Positions 62,701-64,000 of a stretch of DNA of 64,000 nt are shown piece by piece (positions within the stretch are counted from its first letter, which is position 1; every line of letters begins with the position of its first letter). The notes beneath the pieces were generated by a model. That model worked only from the letters and a program-made list of their open reading frames with translations, did not search any database and was not told the origin of the DNA. The DNA lies in assembly GCA_002269645.1 (NCBI GenBank), contig NIVC01001636.1, positions 1 through 64,000 of the forward strand, written 5' to 3'. The position numbers and the translations under genes were made by a program. This DNA comes from Macrostomum lignano (taxonomy: Eukaryota).

Positions 62701-63968
62701 AAGGGATCCGAATCGTGCCTCCAAAGTCCATGCGCAGAGAAATTCTTCAAATTCTTCACGAGAATCATCCGGGCATTGTGCGCATGATCAGACTAGCTCG
62801 AGAGTACTTCTGGTGGCCTTACATTGACGCCCAGATCAATAGCTTCGTTCAAAGGTGTCCTTCCTGCCAACTAAATTCGAGAAAGCGAACAAATGCAAAT
62901 CTGCATTCATGGGAAGATGCAAAGTTCTTCTTCGAACGTGTTCATCTGGACATAGCATATTTCAAGGAAAACACTTCTTGGTTCTCATCGACTCCTTCTC
63001 TCGGTGGATTGATGTACATCAGCTGTCCAATCTCACAGCCAACTCTCTTATTCCAGCATGCAGACGAACATTTAAGTACATGGGACATTGTGACTGACAA
63101 TGGAACCAATTTTCGATCAAAAGAGTTCGCAGAATTTCTCAAGAAGAATCTAATTAACCATGTCCTAACACCACCTGGTCATCACCAGTCAAATGGGATT
63201 GTGGAGAGAGCTATCCAAGAGTTGAAAGTGACTCTGAAGCAGGACAGTAATGACATAGGTTCCGAATGTGAGAAGGTGTTGATATCATTCTGCCTTTCGA
63301 AGAACACTACACCGAATTCCGAAGGAGCGATTCCTGCTGCACAACTGTTTATGCAACGCCCAAGAACGCGCCTCACTGCAACCTTTACAGAATGGGACAA
63401 ACCGCTAACTACCCCAATTCCTGTCTACATCAACGTAGAAGGAAAGTCAGACAAGGTCCCAGAGAAATCCAAGGACTTCATGGATCAAATACCTACTTGG
63501 ACAGCAAAGGACGGGTTGTTCATGCATCTGATGCAAGCCAAGGACTACAGAGAACTCACAAGAGATTACCTCGCCTGGACCTGCCAATGTTGGCAGCAGC
63601 AAGGAGAAGGAAATGGAGACTACGACTCCTGCTGAAGTGGAGACAACCAGCGATCAAAGTCCCGAGTACCAAGTTTCTCGTCGAAGTCAGAGGCTCCGAA
63701 AAGCCCCTGATCGGCTGACCTATTCCTGATTTATTTGATCGTTAGACAAAATAGAAAACAGTCATTTATTTCTCTCCAGGTTAATTGCTAAAATATGGGG
63801 GTGTTGTGTATGAACTTAAGTTCTATGGTTTATGGGTGAAGCCTTATTCATATTTTAAGTATAGCAGCCAGCTACTTCGCTGCGGAAAATATACGCGCTG
63901 CATGCATCTACAATCTCTTCCTAACTCGGCATCTTGCATTCGTCTTCGTTACTACGAAAAGTACAACA
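59728..63968 (+). mobile_element. Full-length but frameshifted Ty3/Gypsy (Mag-like) LTR retrotransposon
   Basis: LTRs 59728-59893 and 63802-63968 differ by 2 substitutions and 1 indel. TSD GTTAA. PBS TGGCGACGAGGA is complementary to the tRNA-Ser(GCU) 3' end. Gag, VDSGS protease, YQDD RT, RNase H and integrase are in broken frames. Confidence 0.95.
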
Positions 63969-64000
63969 GTTAATAACCTGACTGGTGTGATGACCAATCA

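Overview
This window is from an AT-rich eukaryotic, invertebrate animal genome: genes have GT-AG introns and transposons are dense. The gene and TE mix resembles free-living flatworms such as Macrostomum, but that is an inference. Host genes: (1) two tandem two-exon SLC22 transporters at 0.9-5.9 kb; (2) a family of secreted signal peptide + WSC + PAN/apple-like genes, with two intact copies, one orphan exon and three damaged copies, interleaved with fibrinogen-related (FReD) pseudogene fragments; (3) a minus-strand Mab-21/cGAS-like receptor (cGLR) with an intact catalytic triad, which splices in frame to an upstream exon of 8-9 ankyrin repeats; (4) a GC-rich secreted 320-aa protein with GH12-like C-terminal motifs, plus a pseudogene copy. 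Mobile DNA: a young Mag/Gypsy element with identical LTRs nested in an Ngaro/DIRS-type tyrosine-recombinase retrotransposon; two decayed Gypsy elements; a solo LTR; a second YR element end; a Polinton-type polB fragment between inverted repeats; RTE-like LINE fragments; a THAP remnant; Helitron-like ends next to tandem arrays; MITEs and SINE heads. The best leads are the ankyrin-cGLR gene, the GH12-like gene pair, and one ~24-bp site in the WSC exon that was damaged independently in three paralogs. All splice models were checked by hand for phase. No database searches were run.
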